Shown piece after piece: positions 53,546 through 62,992 of a stretch of DNA of 64,000 bases. The stretch lies in sequence record NC_031127.1; one strand, given 5' to 3'. Each line of letters begins with the position of its first letter. Position 1 is the stretch's first letter. A program made the position numbers and the translations under genes. The notes beneath the pieces were generated by a model. It had not been told where the DNA came from and searched no databases. It worked only from the letters and a program-made list of their open reading frames with translations.

Positions 53546-55348
53546 ATGGTTATCACTGCTACTGCTTCTGACCGTTGTGCATCAATTGGCGCATTGCGCG
53601 CGAGTGAGCCGGTATTCCCCGGACAACGTATTGATTTGAAAGAATATCGTCAAGGCTCCGGCTTTGGTGGTGGTTTCTTTATTCACGACGACACCGACAC
53701 GTCAACTCCTGATGATGGCGGCTATTGTGTTGTCACCCCTAAAGGTGCTCGCTGGAAACGTGCACTGAACTCCCTGCATGAGCTGAACATTTGTCACTTT
53801 GGCGCAGAAGGGAACGGAGTCGATACCGCAGACGCGTTTGCGCGAATGATGGCCTTCTCCCAAAAGAACATTCCGGGTATGGGCGTGCAGTATCCGACCG
53901 GTACCTTTAAACTGTCGAAATTCACCAACACAAAAGAACTGGGACGCTTCCGCGTCGCCGGTGCTCCGATTGACGCTGACTACGGTTACTTCACGGGCAC
54001 CACGCTTTACGGCAACAACGACCAAGAAGGGTTCATCTTGGATATTGTTGCACGACGTACTGCTATTTCGAATATCAACTTCGAAGGGGCAGTCGATATC
54101 AACGCGGAGAGCAACAAGAAGGTTGCCGGTAAGATGGGCTTCCTGCGCAACACCTGTCCGGGCGGTCAGTACATCCGCGTCGGTAACTGGACCAGCTCGT
54201 TTGTGGGTGGTGTGACCTTTAGCATCCTTGATGCGTTGGACACCAAGTTCGACCAGTTCTACGTGTCTAAACACACCAACAGCTTTATTCGTGGTCGTTG
54301 GTCTGGCCAGACGTGGGGTGTGTGGGATCACGAAACCGCCATTGAGCTGTGCAACTTCAACATCCAGAGTTGTACTGGCCCACATGCGCTTGACCTGCCG
54401 CGTGCGACACAGTCACAAATTACCAACGGTTGGATTGAGCACACCGAGAATCCGGGCGACCTGTCTGATGGCCATTGGCTGATTGACAACTTCTCGATTG
54501 AAGACTCGGGCAAAATGCTAATTCAAAACGCCCGCCTAACGCGCCATCACATCAACCTGCAAGGGACGAGTGGTTTCGACAAGGGCACTGGCGTATCGAA
54601 TTGGCCGGGGCTGTCTGGGTACGAGAAAGGTGACCTACAGCTCGAATGGCACGGCATTGAAGCCGCGGGTTCTATTGCTGCAAAATACTTTGCCCCCATC
54701 GGTCGCATGGATAACAACAAAGCTACTTCGCAGTGGTTCTATCTGGGCAGCATCCGTACCACTGGTGTGGGTGAGAACGTCAAGATTACCCTGCAAGGCA
54801 CCCGTGGTTATAACGGTGTGAATGCCAGTGAAACCCGTTTGGGTGGCGGTGGTAGTGCACACGGCGCGGGTATCATCAGTATCAAAACTGTCTCGTCTAA
54901 CTACGCCGATGTGCAATGGGATGGAAAAGGTTCCTGCCCGGTGAAGAACGTGAAGTTCACGAAGCCGTTCAAGAACACCTGCCACCTCTTCGTTGAGTTG
55001 TTTGACTGGACGCGTTACATCTCACCGAAAGTTGAGGTGACTTCGAAGTCACGTTTTGAAGCCGGTATTCCATTCGACTTCAGTTTCGTAGGCACACCGA
55101 TTTCGCTTGAAGAAATGCAAGCGTTGGCTGATGCGCAGACTGCGGCAGCGGGTAACACCGTGACATTGAACGATGCCATTACCGGCATGTATCTGGGTGC
55201 CAAGAACGGTATCGGTTGGAACGGAAACGGTGAACTGCTGTTACGCTTTGCATTAACTAACGGGTATTTACCTGTGCGGATTACCGATCCGGTAACCGAA
55301 CGTGTAACCCAAGGGTACATCAAAGTCGAAACATCGTTGCCGGTGTAA
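53546..55348 (+). CDS. AmsF/WceF-like tailspike-fold (parallel beta-helix) glycan-active protein
   Basis: SIGALRASEP..GQRIDL..GGGFF..DDGG..ARWKR..HFGAEGNG head region, then LDLPRATQSQITNGWIEH; resembles Erwinia AmsF/Pantoea WceF by recall. Confidence 0.65.
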   Translation: MVITATASDRCASIGALRASEPVFPGQRIDLKEYRQGSGFGGGFFIHDDTDTSTPDDGGYCVVTPKGARWKRALNSLHELNICHFGAEGNGVDTADAFARMMAFSQKNIPGMGVQYPTGTFKLSKFTNTKELGRFRVAGAPIDADYGYFTGTTLYGNNDQEGFILDIVARRTAISNINFEGAVDINAESNKKVAGKMGFLRNTCPGGQYIRVGNWTSSFVGGVTFSILDALDTKFDQFYVSKHTNSFIRGRWSGQTWGVWDHETAIELCNFNIQSCTGPHALDLPRATQSQITNGWIEHTENPGDLSDGHWLIDNFSIEDSGKMLIQNARLTRHHINLQGTSGFDKGTGVSNWPGLSGYEKGDLQLEWHGIEAAGSIAAKYFAPIGRMDNNKATSQWFYLGSIRTTGVGENVKITLQGTRGYNGVNASETRLGGGGSAHGAGIISIKTVSSNYADVQWDGKGSCPVKNVKFTKPFKNTCHLFVELFDWTRYISPKVEVTSKSRFEAGIPFDFSFVGTPISLEEMQALADAQTAAAGNTVTLNDAITGMYLGAKNGIGWNGNGELLLRFALTNGYLPVRITDPVTERVTQGYIKVETSLPV

Positions 55349-55354
55349 TATTGT

Positions 55355-55390
55355 GTGGGGCACCTCGGTGTCCCACTTTATTCTTTTTTT
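55355..55390 (+). terminator. Intrinsic terminator
   Basis: gtggggcac-ctcg-gtgtcccac plus T tract. Confidence 0.75.
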
Positions 55391-55486
55391 GTGCCAAACA
55401 AGATGGGCCTTTAATATGCTGGCAGGGGGTTAACATTACCGCGGTAGTGTTTGGCCTTATTACACCTTAATAACCGAGTTAACGCG

Positions 55487-56281
55487 ATGTCTTTTAAATC
55501 CAAACAGAATCTGCTTAAACTCATCAACAAAGAGAACAAAATCTCCCCGGAGCTGACGTTCGATGATGTTGATATCTCTCTGCCGGAGGTGGTTTCAGTC
55601 GACGGTCGTGATTCAAAGGTTACGTTAACCTCGAAAATCAGGGGCGACGAAGGATCACAGGTTGAGGTGACATACCACCGTCGCGATCTACCTGACTATA
55701 TTCTCGGCGATCTGAGGTTCGATACAATCGGTGTGGTCACGACCCACGATTATATTCCCGCGCTAAACGATCGTTTCGATTTGAACCTGCTTCCGGAAGA
55801 CCTGGAAGACGCCCCGGTCGCGGGTGATTCGCATACGGTAGTTGCCGTGCCGACATCACACGAATGGCGTGGGAGCGTTACATTACAACTTGTTACCGCA
55901 GTACCGTTAGCATCTGTTGTCCCTCTTACTGAATTAGATGGACTGTTGTATCCTGATCATCAAACGACGACGCTGGGGCAAGCCTCCGTGTACTCGTACT
56001 ATTTGGATGCAAGTAAACTGGCTAGCTGGGTTCCTTCACTGCGCGCCGGTACAGCGGACATGACTGCCTTTGCGAAGGCGTTAAATACGATTGTACCTGA
56101 GCTGTGGGTAAATGAACTCAATGCGGTACCTTACAACCTTTCACAAGCAGTAGTCCAGTTTTACGGCAGCCCGTCGATGATTGCTGGTACGAACCCGGCG
56201 TTTGACAGTGTCCTCGGCTTAGAGTTGGGTCCACTGTGTACGAACTTCCAGGGCACCTTACTGCTGCACTTTAACAACTAG
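55487..56281 (+). CDS. Tail-associated paralog A1
   Basis: KSKQNLLKLINKEN ... GTLLLHFNN; ATG 55487 preferred. Confidence 0.75.
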   Translation: MSFKSKQNLLKLINKENKISPELTFDDVDISLPEVVSVDGRDSKVTLTSKIRGDEGSQVEVTYHRRDLPDYILGDLRFDTIGVVTTHDYIPALNDRFDLNLLPEDLEDAPVAGDSHTVVAVPTSHEWRGSVTLQLVTAVPLASVVPLTELDGLLYPDHQTTTLGQASVYSYYLDASKLASWVPSLRAGTADMTAFAKALNTIVPELWVNELNAVPYNLSQAVVQFYGSPSMIAGTNPAFDSVLGLELGPLCTNFQGTLLLHFNN

Positions 56282-56290
56282 GAGGGCTGA

Positions 56291-57133
56291 GTGTCTATCT
56301 ACAAGAAACCCTCACGCGAGATGTTGTTAGATGCCATCAACCGCCAGAACAACCTGACGGCAAAACCCCTGACATGGAACCAAATCGCTTCGGGTTATCC
56401 TGAAGAGGTGTTGACTCCTGGGGCTGATCGCAATACCCGTGTGCTGTTATACGGTCTGAACGGTCAGGGCTATAAAGGGAACGTCACGATTGAGTACGAC
56501 CGTATTCTCATGTCGATTTTGTTCCGCAATGTGATCCCAGTGGTGATTACCAATCCGGTCGATAAAGTTTCCCAACTGTTGCCTGCCATAAACGAGAAGT
56601 ACGGCCTGTCACTGGTTGCTAGCGACATTGAAGACTTCTCCGTGAAAGACATGGGTGAGAATTGGATTGCAGACGTCAACATTAAACCGGCCTGTCTGGC
56701 TTGGAAGGGTACGTTCAAACTGCGTTACGCGAAGTTCTTCCCGAACCTTGCCGATGCGGTCATGGACCAAGCCCTGTTGGCGATTATCCCACCGTTTACT
56801 GTCGCTGCGAAACCGCAAGCGGAATACGTGGCGTACGGATACGACTGGACGAACATGCTGCAACAGTTCGGAACCGATTGGGCGTACAACCGTGCGCTAA
56901 CTGCTGATGATGTGGATTTGCTCAACGAGGTCGTGCCATTGAAATTTGGCTACGTCACCGGAGCCACTGCACAAACCGGGCAGATTGCGTTACAGGGTGC
57001 GCGCTTTATGGGAACGGCTGCCGTTACACCGGGTGACCAGTATGACGACTCGTTCCAGCGTGTGGCGGTTATCAAGCTAGCGGCAGACAGCAACTACGCG
57101 GGTAATCTCATCCTTCACTATCTGCCGATATAA
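56291..57133 (+). CDS. Tail-associated paralog A2
   Basis: KPSREMLLDAINRQN ... GNLILHY; GTG start, SD GGAGG. Confidence 0.75.
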   Translation: MSIYKKPSREMLLDAINRQNNLTAKPLTWNQIASGYPEEVLTPGADRNTRVLLYGLNGQGYKGNVTIEYDRILMSILFRNVIPVVITNPVDKVSQLLPAINEKYGLSLVASDIEDFSVKDMGENWIADVNIKPACLAWKGTFKLRYAKFFPNLADAVMDQALLAIIPPFTVAAKPQAEYVAYGYDWTNMLQQFGTDWAYNRALTADDVDLLNEVVPLKFGYVTGATAQTGQIALQGARFMGTAAVTPGDQYDDSFQRVAVIKLAADSNYAGNLILHYLPI

Positions 57134-57141
57134 GGATTCCC

Positions 57142-57987
57142 ATGCCACTTTTAGCTACCGCAGAAGAAGTTATTCTGAAAGCGTTGAATACCGAAAACAG
57201 TCTCGACCTTAAAGTCGCAGAGGTGGTCTTCGGTACACCGGCCATTCCTACAGAACCGGACGATGTCACCAAAGCCCAGGGCTTAAACAGCATGGTGCGT
57301 ATCCAAGCATTGGCGACTGCTAATGCCATTGGAGCCACCACCGTGTACTACGACCGGGTCGACTTTGCCGACATGTTTACCGGCGTGGACGGTATCCAGC
57401 CGATGCGCATTCCCGCGCGTTTAGATGCTGTCTTTACCGCACACCAAATCGTGGGGTTGATTAACCAATACTACGGTTTGAGTCTACGGGCGAATGATAT
57501 TGTTGATACGGACATCGACCGCAAAACCTGGATGATGGATTTGATTGCAACACCAACCTCCTTAGGGTGGATTGGACAGCAGCAGATTCAGCTGTTACCA
57601 GGTGATGCCCTCCTGCCGATCAACTTTGAACCGGTGACGGTGATGCCGTACGAGTACCCGTACTTCAATACGAAGGTCGGGCAATCCGCAGTGTATTCGT
57701 ATCCATGGCGTTTTGACAATTATGCAGCAGAGTTCCAGAACGCTGGGTTGTATATCACCCCTGAGCGTCTGGCGCAGATTCTGAAGACAGTCACCGGCGA
57801 CGGGTGGATGGTGTACCGTAACCCGGTTAACTACAACCTGAAAGAAGCCATCGTGGTGTATAACGGCCCGAACAAAGCATCGTTCCCGACCAACCCCTCG
57901 ATTGACAATGTTCTGGTAGTCGAGCTGTCACTGTACAGTCTTAACCTTGGTGGACGTTTGTACCTCCACTACAACGATCCTGATTAA
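57142..57987 (+). CDS. Tail-associated paralog A3
   Basis: EEVILKALNTEN ... GRLYLHYND. Confidence 0.75.
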   Translation: MPLLATAEEVILKALNTENSLDLKVAEVVFGTPAIPTEPDDVTKAQGLNSMVRIQALATANAIGATTVYYDRVDFADMFTGVDGIQPMRIPARLDAVFTAHQIVGLINQYYGLSLRANDIVDTDIDRKTWMMDLIATPTSLGWIGQQQIQLLPGDALLPINFEPVTVMPYEYPYFNTKVGQSAVYSYPWRFDNYAAEFQNAGLYITPERLAQILKTVTGDGWMVYRNPVNYNLKEAIVVYNGPNKASFPTNPSIDNVLVVELSLYSLNLGGRLYLHYNDPD

Positions 57988-58007
57988 TCCTGAGTAAGGG
58001 AAGTTAA

Positions 58008-58919
58008 ATGAAACCTTTAAACAAAACGTCTGACCTGCTGGTTCTGGACTTCATCAACGAAAAGAACCCAGGTGCCGACCTCGAGTTGGGCAAAGTCAAA
58101 CTGGGTACGCCGGTTCCGATTACCGAAGAAGACGCCGACCGTAACACCTCGCTGGAACTGACCGCACGTAAGAACTCCGGTTACATCGGCAAACAAGGCG
58201 TTACCTACGACCGTTTGGAAGGTGTGTCGCTGTTCCGTAACGTCACTGCGTATCTGGACGTTAAGCTGCCGAAAACCACCACCGATCTGCTGCCGACCCT
58301 GAACGCGCAGTATGGCCTGAAAATCACCGAAGACGATATCGTCCCGGCGGCGATTGCAGACAACACCAACCCACCGTTGACTGACCCGGAAGCGCCAGAC
58401 CCAGCTCCGGTTGATCATGACATCGTCTTCAAAGACGACTGCTATGCGTACCTTGGTAAAATTGCGGTGAAAATTGGGCCACGTCCACAGGTGGGTGAGC
58501 GTTTGAGCTTGGTCGTTACCCAGACCAAACTTGATGGCTTGGTGTACCCGGATGGCCCGTCTGATGATAAAGGTCAGGCGTACATCTACTCCTACGGCGT
58601 CGACGCCTCGGCAATTGCACCGTTCTTGGATGTGCAGGCAACTGGCGTTATGGCCAACGATACCGCGTTTGCGGTTGAGCTGAACAAAGTGGTGCCTGAG
58701 CTGTGGGTTGCGGACGATGCTGTCCACGACTACAACCTGAAAGGCGCGAACGTGCTGTACGTGGGTCTGACTGCGGATGACGGTACTGCAACCGGTACCG
58801 ATCCGAAGAAACCGGTAGAAGGTGCGAACCTGTCCTACAACAAAGTGATGTTGCTGGAGCTGGACGACACCAAGTGCTCTAACTTCACCGGTATCATGTT
58901 CCTGCACTTCAATGCCTAA
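58008..58919 (+). CDS. Tail-associated paralog A4
   Basis: KTSDLLVLDFINEKN ... GIMFLHFNA; Pro-rich insert PPLTDPEAPDPAP. Confidence 0.75.
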   Translation: MKPLNKTSDLLVLDFINEKNPGADLELGKVKLGTPVPITEEDADRNTSLELTARKNSGYIGKQGVTYDRLEGVSLFRNVTAYLDVKLPKTTTDLLPTLNAQYGLKITEDDIVPAAIADNTNPPLTDPEAPDPAPVDHDIVFKDDCYAYLGKIAVKIGPRPQVGERLSLVVTQTKLDGLVYPDGPSDDKGQAYIYSYGVDASAIAPFLDVQATGVMANDTAFAVELNKVVPELWVADDAVHDYNLKGANVLYVGLTADDGTATGTDPKKPVEGANLSYNKVMLLELDDTKCSNFTGIMFLHFNA

Positions 58920-58990
58920 GTAGGTCTCGCTGGGAGGGGGAAATCCTCCTCCTGGCGTTCTCCTTTCTTTTTTAGGCCGAGGAGGCTAGC

Positions 58991-59830
58991 ATGGCTTTAT
59001 ACAGTCTGTCTCAGCGACAGTTCCTGTACGATGCGATTAACGCGGAGAACCCAGGGGCCATTGAGCCGATGGGGCTGAACAACGCCGACATTGGCGTACC
59101 GAAAGCCATTCCCGCGACCCCCAGTGGAGCCAACACCGAGATTACCGTTCGTGGGCGTCAAGGGCGTGGTTACGTGGGCGTACAGACCTTCCGTTACAAA
59201 CGTCTGTCCCTGAATGATTTGTTCAAGAACATGACGCCACAGGTGACTTCTCCGAATGCGTACGGGTGGCTCAACGTATTGTCGAAGAAGACCGCGTTTG
59301 TGCAAAACATCAACGGCCGTTATGGCATGAATTTGGTGCCGGACGATATCCCGGATGTGTACGTTTACCTGAACGTGAATAACACAGTGTCAGTGAAAGC
59401 GAGCTGTATTCAATATATCGGCTCCATTACCTTCCTGTCTATCCGGGGCAAGAACAACTTGGAAGAACTGGTGGTGAACGATATTCTGAACGAACTGTCA
59501 CACCCAGTCCCGCCGAAAGACGGGAAGAAATCCATGGCGCTGTTGACTTACGGTCAGGACTTTACTGACGAAGTCCAAGTCATGAACTCGTTTAAGAACG
59601 GGCGTCTGGATGTGGGCAGTAACTTTGATAGCGGCTACACCACCAACTTGATGGCAACCTTGGTTGCGCGCGGACTACCAAGCTTTGACCCGACCGGGGT
59701 AAATGTGACCCGTTCGAAGACCACAGCCGTGACGGGTGCGAACACAGCGTACGATAACGTGCTGGTATTGAGTGATATTACCCTCGATGCCAACGTCGCT
59801 GGCAGCTGCATGCTTCACTACAACGATTAG
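58991..59830 (+). CDS. Tail-associated paralog A5
   Basis: QFLYDAINAEN ... GSCMLHYND; SD GAGGAGG. Confidence 0.75.
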   Translation: MALYSLSQRQFLYDAINAENPGAIEPMGLNNADIGVPKAIPATPSGANTEITVRGRQGRGYVGVQTFRYKRLSLNDLFKNMTPQVTSPNAYGWLNVLSKKTAFVQNINGRYGMNLVPDDIPDVYVYLNVNNTVSVKASCIQYIGSITFLSIRGKNNLEELVVNDILNELSHPVPPKDGKKSMALLTYGQDFTDEVQVMNSFKNGRLDVGSNFDSGYTTNLMATLVARGLPSFDPTGVNVTRSKTTAVTGANTAYDNVLVLSDITLDANVAGSCMLHYND

Positions 59831-59840
59831 GAAATAACTA

Positions 59841-60728
59841 ATGGCTATTTATCAACCTTCGAAAGACGTCCTGTTGGCGGCAGTGAACAGCCAGAACTCG
59901 CTGAGCGTTAAGATGACCGACATCGTGTGGTCTGCACCGAAGGACATCCGTGGGACCGACAAGGAAACCACCACCCAGCGTAACACGATGGTGAAAATCA
60001 CCGCTGACGGTGTGGTAGGCTCTACTTGGTCGGGAAAGAAAAACCTGTACTACAACCGCATGAAAGTGCAAGACCTCGCCATCATCCTGGGTGATACCCT
60101 AGCGATTGGTCCGTCTAACTCGACACTGCATGCTGCTTTGGTGGGTCTGAATCAGCGCTACGGTTTTGCGCTGGAAAACACCGACTGGTTAGAAGCCGAC
60201 ATCGAATGGAACGGCGATAAAACCGCCGGTACCGTGAAAGTGACCGCTGACCCAGACTCCCTAGGCTGGATTGGCACCTACACCTTCAAAGTAGTGAAAG
60301 GTGACGAGTCCTTGGTGTCCTCTGTAACCACCAACGTCCTGACCGGTCTCAAATACCCGAACGGGCAGATGGGTTCCGAAACCGTCAGTGCGATTATCGC
60401 TCCGGTGTACTCGTACCCGTACAACTTCACCAAGTACCGCGACACCCTGTTGGCGTACACGCCTGGTGTCCTGTCTGGTCAACCACTGACCGACATGGTC
60501 AATCTGCTGAAAGACATCACCGGGACGGCGTGGGTAGCAACCACTGCGGCTTCTTACGGTCTGGCGGGTGCAGAAGTGCTGAGCGTGGGTCTCAACGATC
60601 CAGTTGCAATGCCAACCAACGCGAAGTACAAGTACGCCTTGGCCCTCAAACTGCCTGCGACCTGTACCACCATCGTCGGTACCCTGTACCTCCAGTTCAA
60701 CGACCTGGACGACCCAAGCGAGGTATAA
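59841..60728 (+). CDS. Tail-associated paralog A6
   Basis: QPSKDVLLAAVNSQN ... GTLYLQFND. Confidence 0.75.
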   Translation: MAIYQPSKDVLLAAVNSQNSLSVKMTDIVWSAPKDIRGTDKETTTQRNTMVKITADGVVGSTWSGKKNLYYNRMKVQDLAIILGDTLAIGPSNSTLHAALVGLNQRYGFALENTDWLEADIEWNGDKTAGTVKVTADPDSLGWIGTYTFKVVKGDESLVSSVTTNVLTGLKYPNGQMGSETVSAIIAPVYSYPYNFTKYRDTLLAYTPGVLSGQPLTDMVNLLKDITGTAWVATTAASYGLAGAEVLSVGLNDPVAMPTNAKYKYALALKLPATCTTIVGTLYLQFNDLDDPSEV

Positions 60729-60731
60729 TGA

Positions 60732-61559
60732 ATGCTCAACTATGCTAAGCCGTCGAACGAACTGGTCTTTGACCTGATTAACCGCGACAACCCGAACCTG
60801 CCGTTCAAAGCCGATGCATCCAACTGTATCGTTGAGAAGGTGACACGGGTCTCGGTTAACGCCGCGTCCAACAACCGTAATACTTCTGCACGTCTGCGTG
60901 GCGTGCAGGGCACCGGCTTCCGTGATGCCATTACGGTGTATTACGACCGTGTTGATTTGGCACGTCTGTTGCCGTGGGGTACCACGGTGCAGGCTCAGTT
61001 CGTGACCTTTGATGCGCCTAACCTGCATTCGGCGTTTGCGGTGCTGCTCGATACCTACGGGGTAAACTTCTCGGCTATCGACATCACCAACTATGGCCTG
61101 AACGGGGTGAAGCAAGCGAACTACACCTCGACCACCACCATTAACGCCCTGACAAACTCCCCGGCCTACGTCGGGTCAGCTAACGTGCGTTACAGTCGTG
61201 GTCTGCCGGTACTCGACACCTCGATTACCAAAGAGGTGTTAGTGGCACTTCAGGAACCGGTTGACCCGGCGCTGAGTCAGAAGTGTATTGACATGCTGAC
61301 TTATGGTATCGATTTCACCGCGTACCGAAACCTGCTGACGGTCGACGCTTCTGGTCTGCCACAATGGGCGGGGCTGCGGAAGATTCTGGATGACCTCGGC
61401 GTGCCGAGTTATTCCGGTCCGTTGAACAGCAACACCGTGCAGGACGTGGCAACGTCAACGGCCCAATTCGCCAACAAAATCTATGACCGTGTGGTTATCC
61501 AAACGGGTATCGATGAAGCGGGTGTGAAGGGTGTGGCGTACTATCACTACAACAGCTAA
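60732..61559 (+). CDS. Tail-associated paralog A7
   Basis: KPSNELVFDLINRDN ... GVAYYHYNS. Confidence 0.75.
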   Translation: MLNYAKPSNELVFDLINRDNPNLPFKADASNCIVEKVTRVSVNAASNNRNTSARLRGVQGTGFRDAITVYYDRVDLARLLPWGTTVQAQFVTFDAPNLHSAFAVLLDTYGVNFSAIDITNYGLNGVKQANYTSTTTINALTNSPAYVGSANVRYSRGLPVLDTSITKEVLVALQEPVDPALSQKCIDMLTYGIDFTAYRNLLTVDASGLPQWAGLRKILDDLGVPSYSGPLNSNTVQDVATSTAQFANKIYDRVVIQTGIDEAGVKGVAYYHYNS

Positions 61560-61564
61560 GTGTG

Positions 61565-61588
61565 GGGGTCCTTCGGGACCCCTTCTTC
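61565..61588 (+). terminator. cUUCGg hairpin, probable terminator
   Basis: ggggtcc-ttcg-ggacccc followed by ttcttct. Confidence 0.65.
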
Positions 61589-61606
61589 TGGCGATGCGGA
61601 GTCCCT

Positions 61607-62980
61607 ATGCTTTTTTATTCTAAGGAGGCAGCGCTGCTCGTGTATGACCAAGTCAATCGGGATAATCCTGACTTGGTAGTAGAGTTGACGCCAGCTATCG
61701 CCGCCTTAACCAGTGGCCCGACAGTAGTATCGTCAAACGGCCGCAACACGAAAGCTGTCTTTACCGGATTTCCGGGTTCGGGGTTGCAAGGTAACGTAAC
61801 CCTTTTTTACGACCGCATTAACCTGTCGACTTTATTTAACTTTGTACCGAAAGTCTACATGCCGGATACCGTGCGCAATTATCGTGACGCGTTACCGGTT
61901 ATCAATGAAGCTTTAGGGTTGTCGTTGACCGCGAACGACATTACCACACCCGATGCGCTACTGACACAATCGTCAGCCGCACCCCAGTCAGGCAAAATCA
62001 CAATCGTCGGTAACTGTCCGGCCTTTACCGGTGCCATCAGCTTTACGTATATGCTGGAAGGGGCAGGCTTTTATCCTGACTCAGGCCCTGGACCGAAAAC
62101 CTTATTACAAGGTGACAGCCTGCGTGGTTATTTCGGTGTGGTGGATTCCGCTGAACTCTTTACCCACAAGGCGATTATCGACGCCGTGTTCTTAAAAGGA
62201 ACGAAGCCGGTGTTGAGTCCCGGTACCGAAGGGTGGCACAAGTTCTTCTATCAAGGACGGGTGCTGTACTTCCCGGTGAGCGCTATCGGCTACACTATTG
62301 CTTGGCAGACGTTGTACGGCGAAGGATTGGTCTATGGCGTAGATGGCCCTGGCCCCTATCCGTCGGGCACGCCGGTTGACCAAGGTCGCATTATTGCTGC
62401 CGACTCCGTCAGCGAAGGCCGCTTCTATTACCGCTGTCGTTTACCGTCGCTGGGCAAAGACCCGGTGTCGGCGACCAACCTGCTACCGGCAACGGAATAC
62501 GCGGGCAGTGAACTAGAGATGTTCAATTATCTCTATAACGGAAAGTGGGCAGCATTGCGGGGCGCTGCATGGACGGTGTACATCATGACGCAGGCCAGTG
62601 TCGTGGGGACGTTAACCAACCACAAGGTTATTACCGGTTCTCTTGCCGCTTCAACCAACATACCGAAAACCATGGCGAGCACGAGTTACACCTGGTTCCC
62701 GGTGCTGGAGTTGGTTGACAAAAACGGCACGACCTTAGGACTGGAAGAGATCAAGGGTAACGTTGATCATACGCTCTACCCGATTCTTTTCGATACCACT
62801 AACACGATGGAACTCCATCCGGTGGTGTTAGGTAATCCACGTACCGTTGAATTTGCCCCGGTGCTGTTCTCTGCGGATAACAGTATGGCGTTGCATCCGG
62901 TGACGTTAGGCTTACCGAAGACCGTAGACTTCACCCCCATCACCTTTACGGCTGAGCTATATACCCCGCCGGAAAGTTAA
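61607..62980 (+). CDS. Chimeric tail-associated protein (family A N-domain + family B C-domain)
   Basis: LLVYDQVNRDN and LFYDRINL (family A), then GDSLRGYFG/WQTLYGEGLVYG (family B); ATG 61607. Confidence 0.75.
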   Translation: MLFYSKEAALLVYDQVNRDNPDLVVELTPAIAALTSGPTVVSSNGRNTKAVFTGFPGSGLQGNVTLFYDRINLSTLFNFVPKVYMPDTVRNYRDALPVINEALGLSLTANDITTPDALLTQSSAAPQSGKITIVGNCPAFTGAISFTYMLEGAGFYPDSGPGPKTLLQGDSLRGYFGVVDSAELFTHKAIIDAVFLKGTKPVLSPGTEGWHKFFYQGRVLYFPVSAIGYTIAWQTLYGEGLVYGVDGPGPYPSGTPVDQGRIIAADSVSEGRFYYRCRLPSLGKDPVSATNLLPATEYAGSELEMFNYLYNGKWAALRGAAWTVYIMTQASVVGTLTNHKVITGSLAASTNIPKTMASTSYTWFPVLELVDKNGTTLGLEEIKGNVDHTLYPILFDTTNTMELHPVVLGNPRTVEFAPVLFSADNSMALHPVTLGLPKTVDFTPITFTAELYTPPES

Positions 62981-62992
62981 GAGGTAGTTATC

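Noticed and set aside
58017-58907. 296-aa antisense ORF spanning paralog A4; similar ones at 15985-16899, 23193-24038 and 60261-61115
   Set aside because: In-register antisense shadows of well-supported + strand genes
61562-61606. Track start MGVLRDP for the chimeric tail gene; similar extended starts at 16891, 28165, 33518, 35467, 37709, 45020 and 47626
   Set aside because: The extensions run through terminators or upstream genes; downstream ATGs, mostly with SD motifs, fit better
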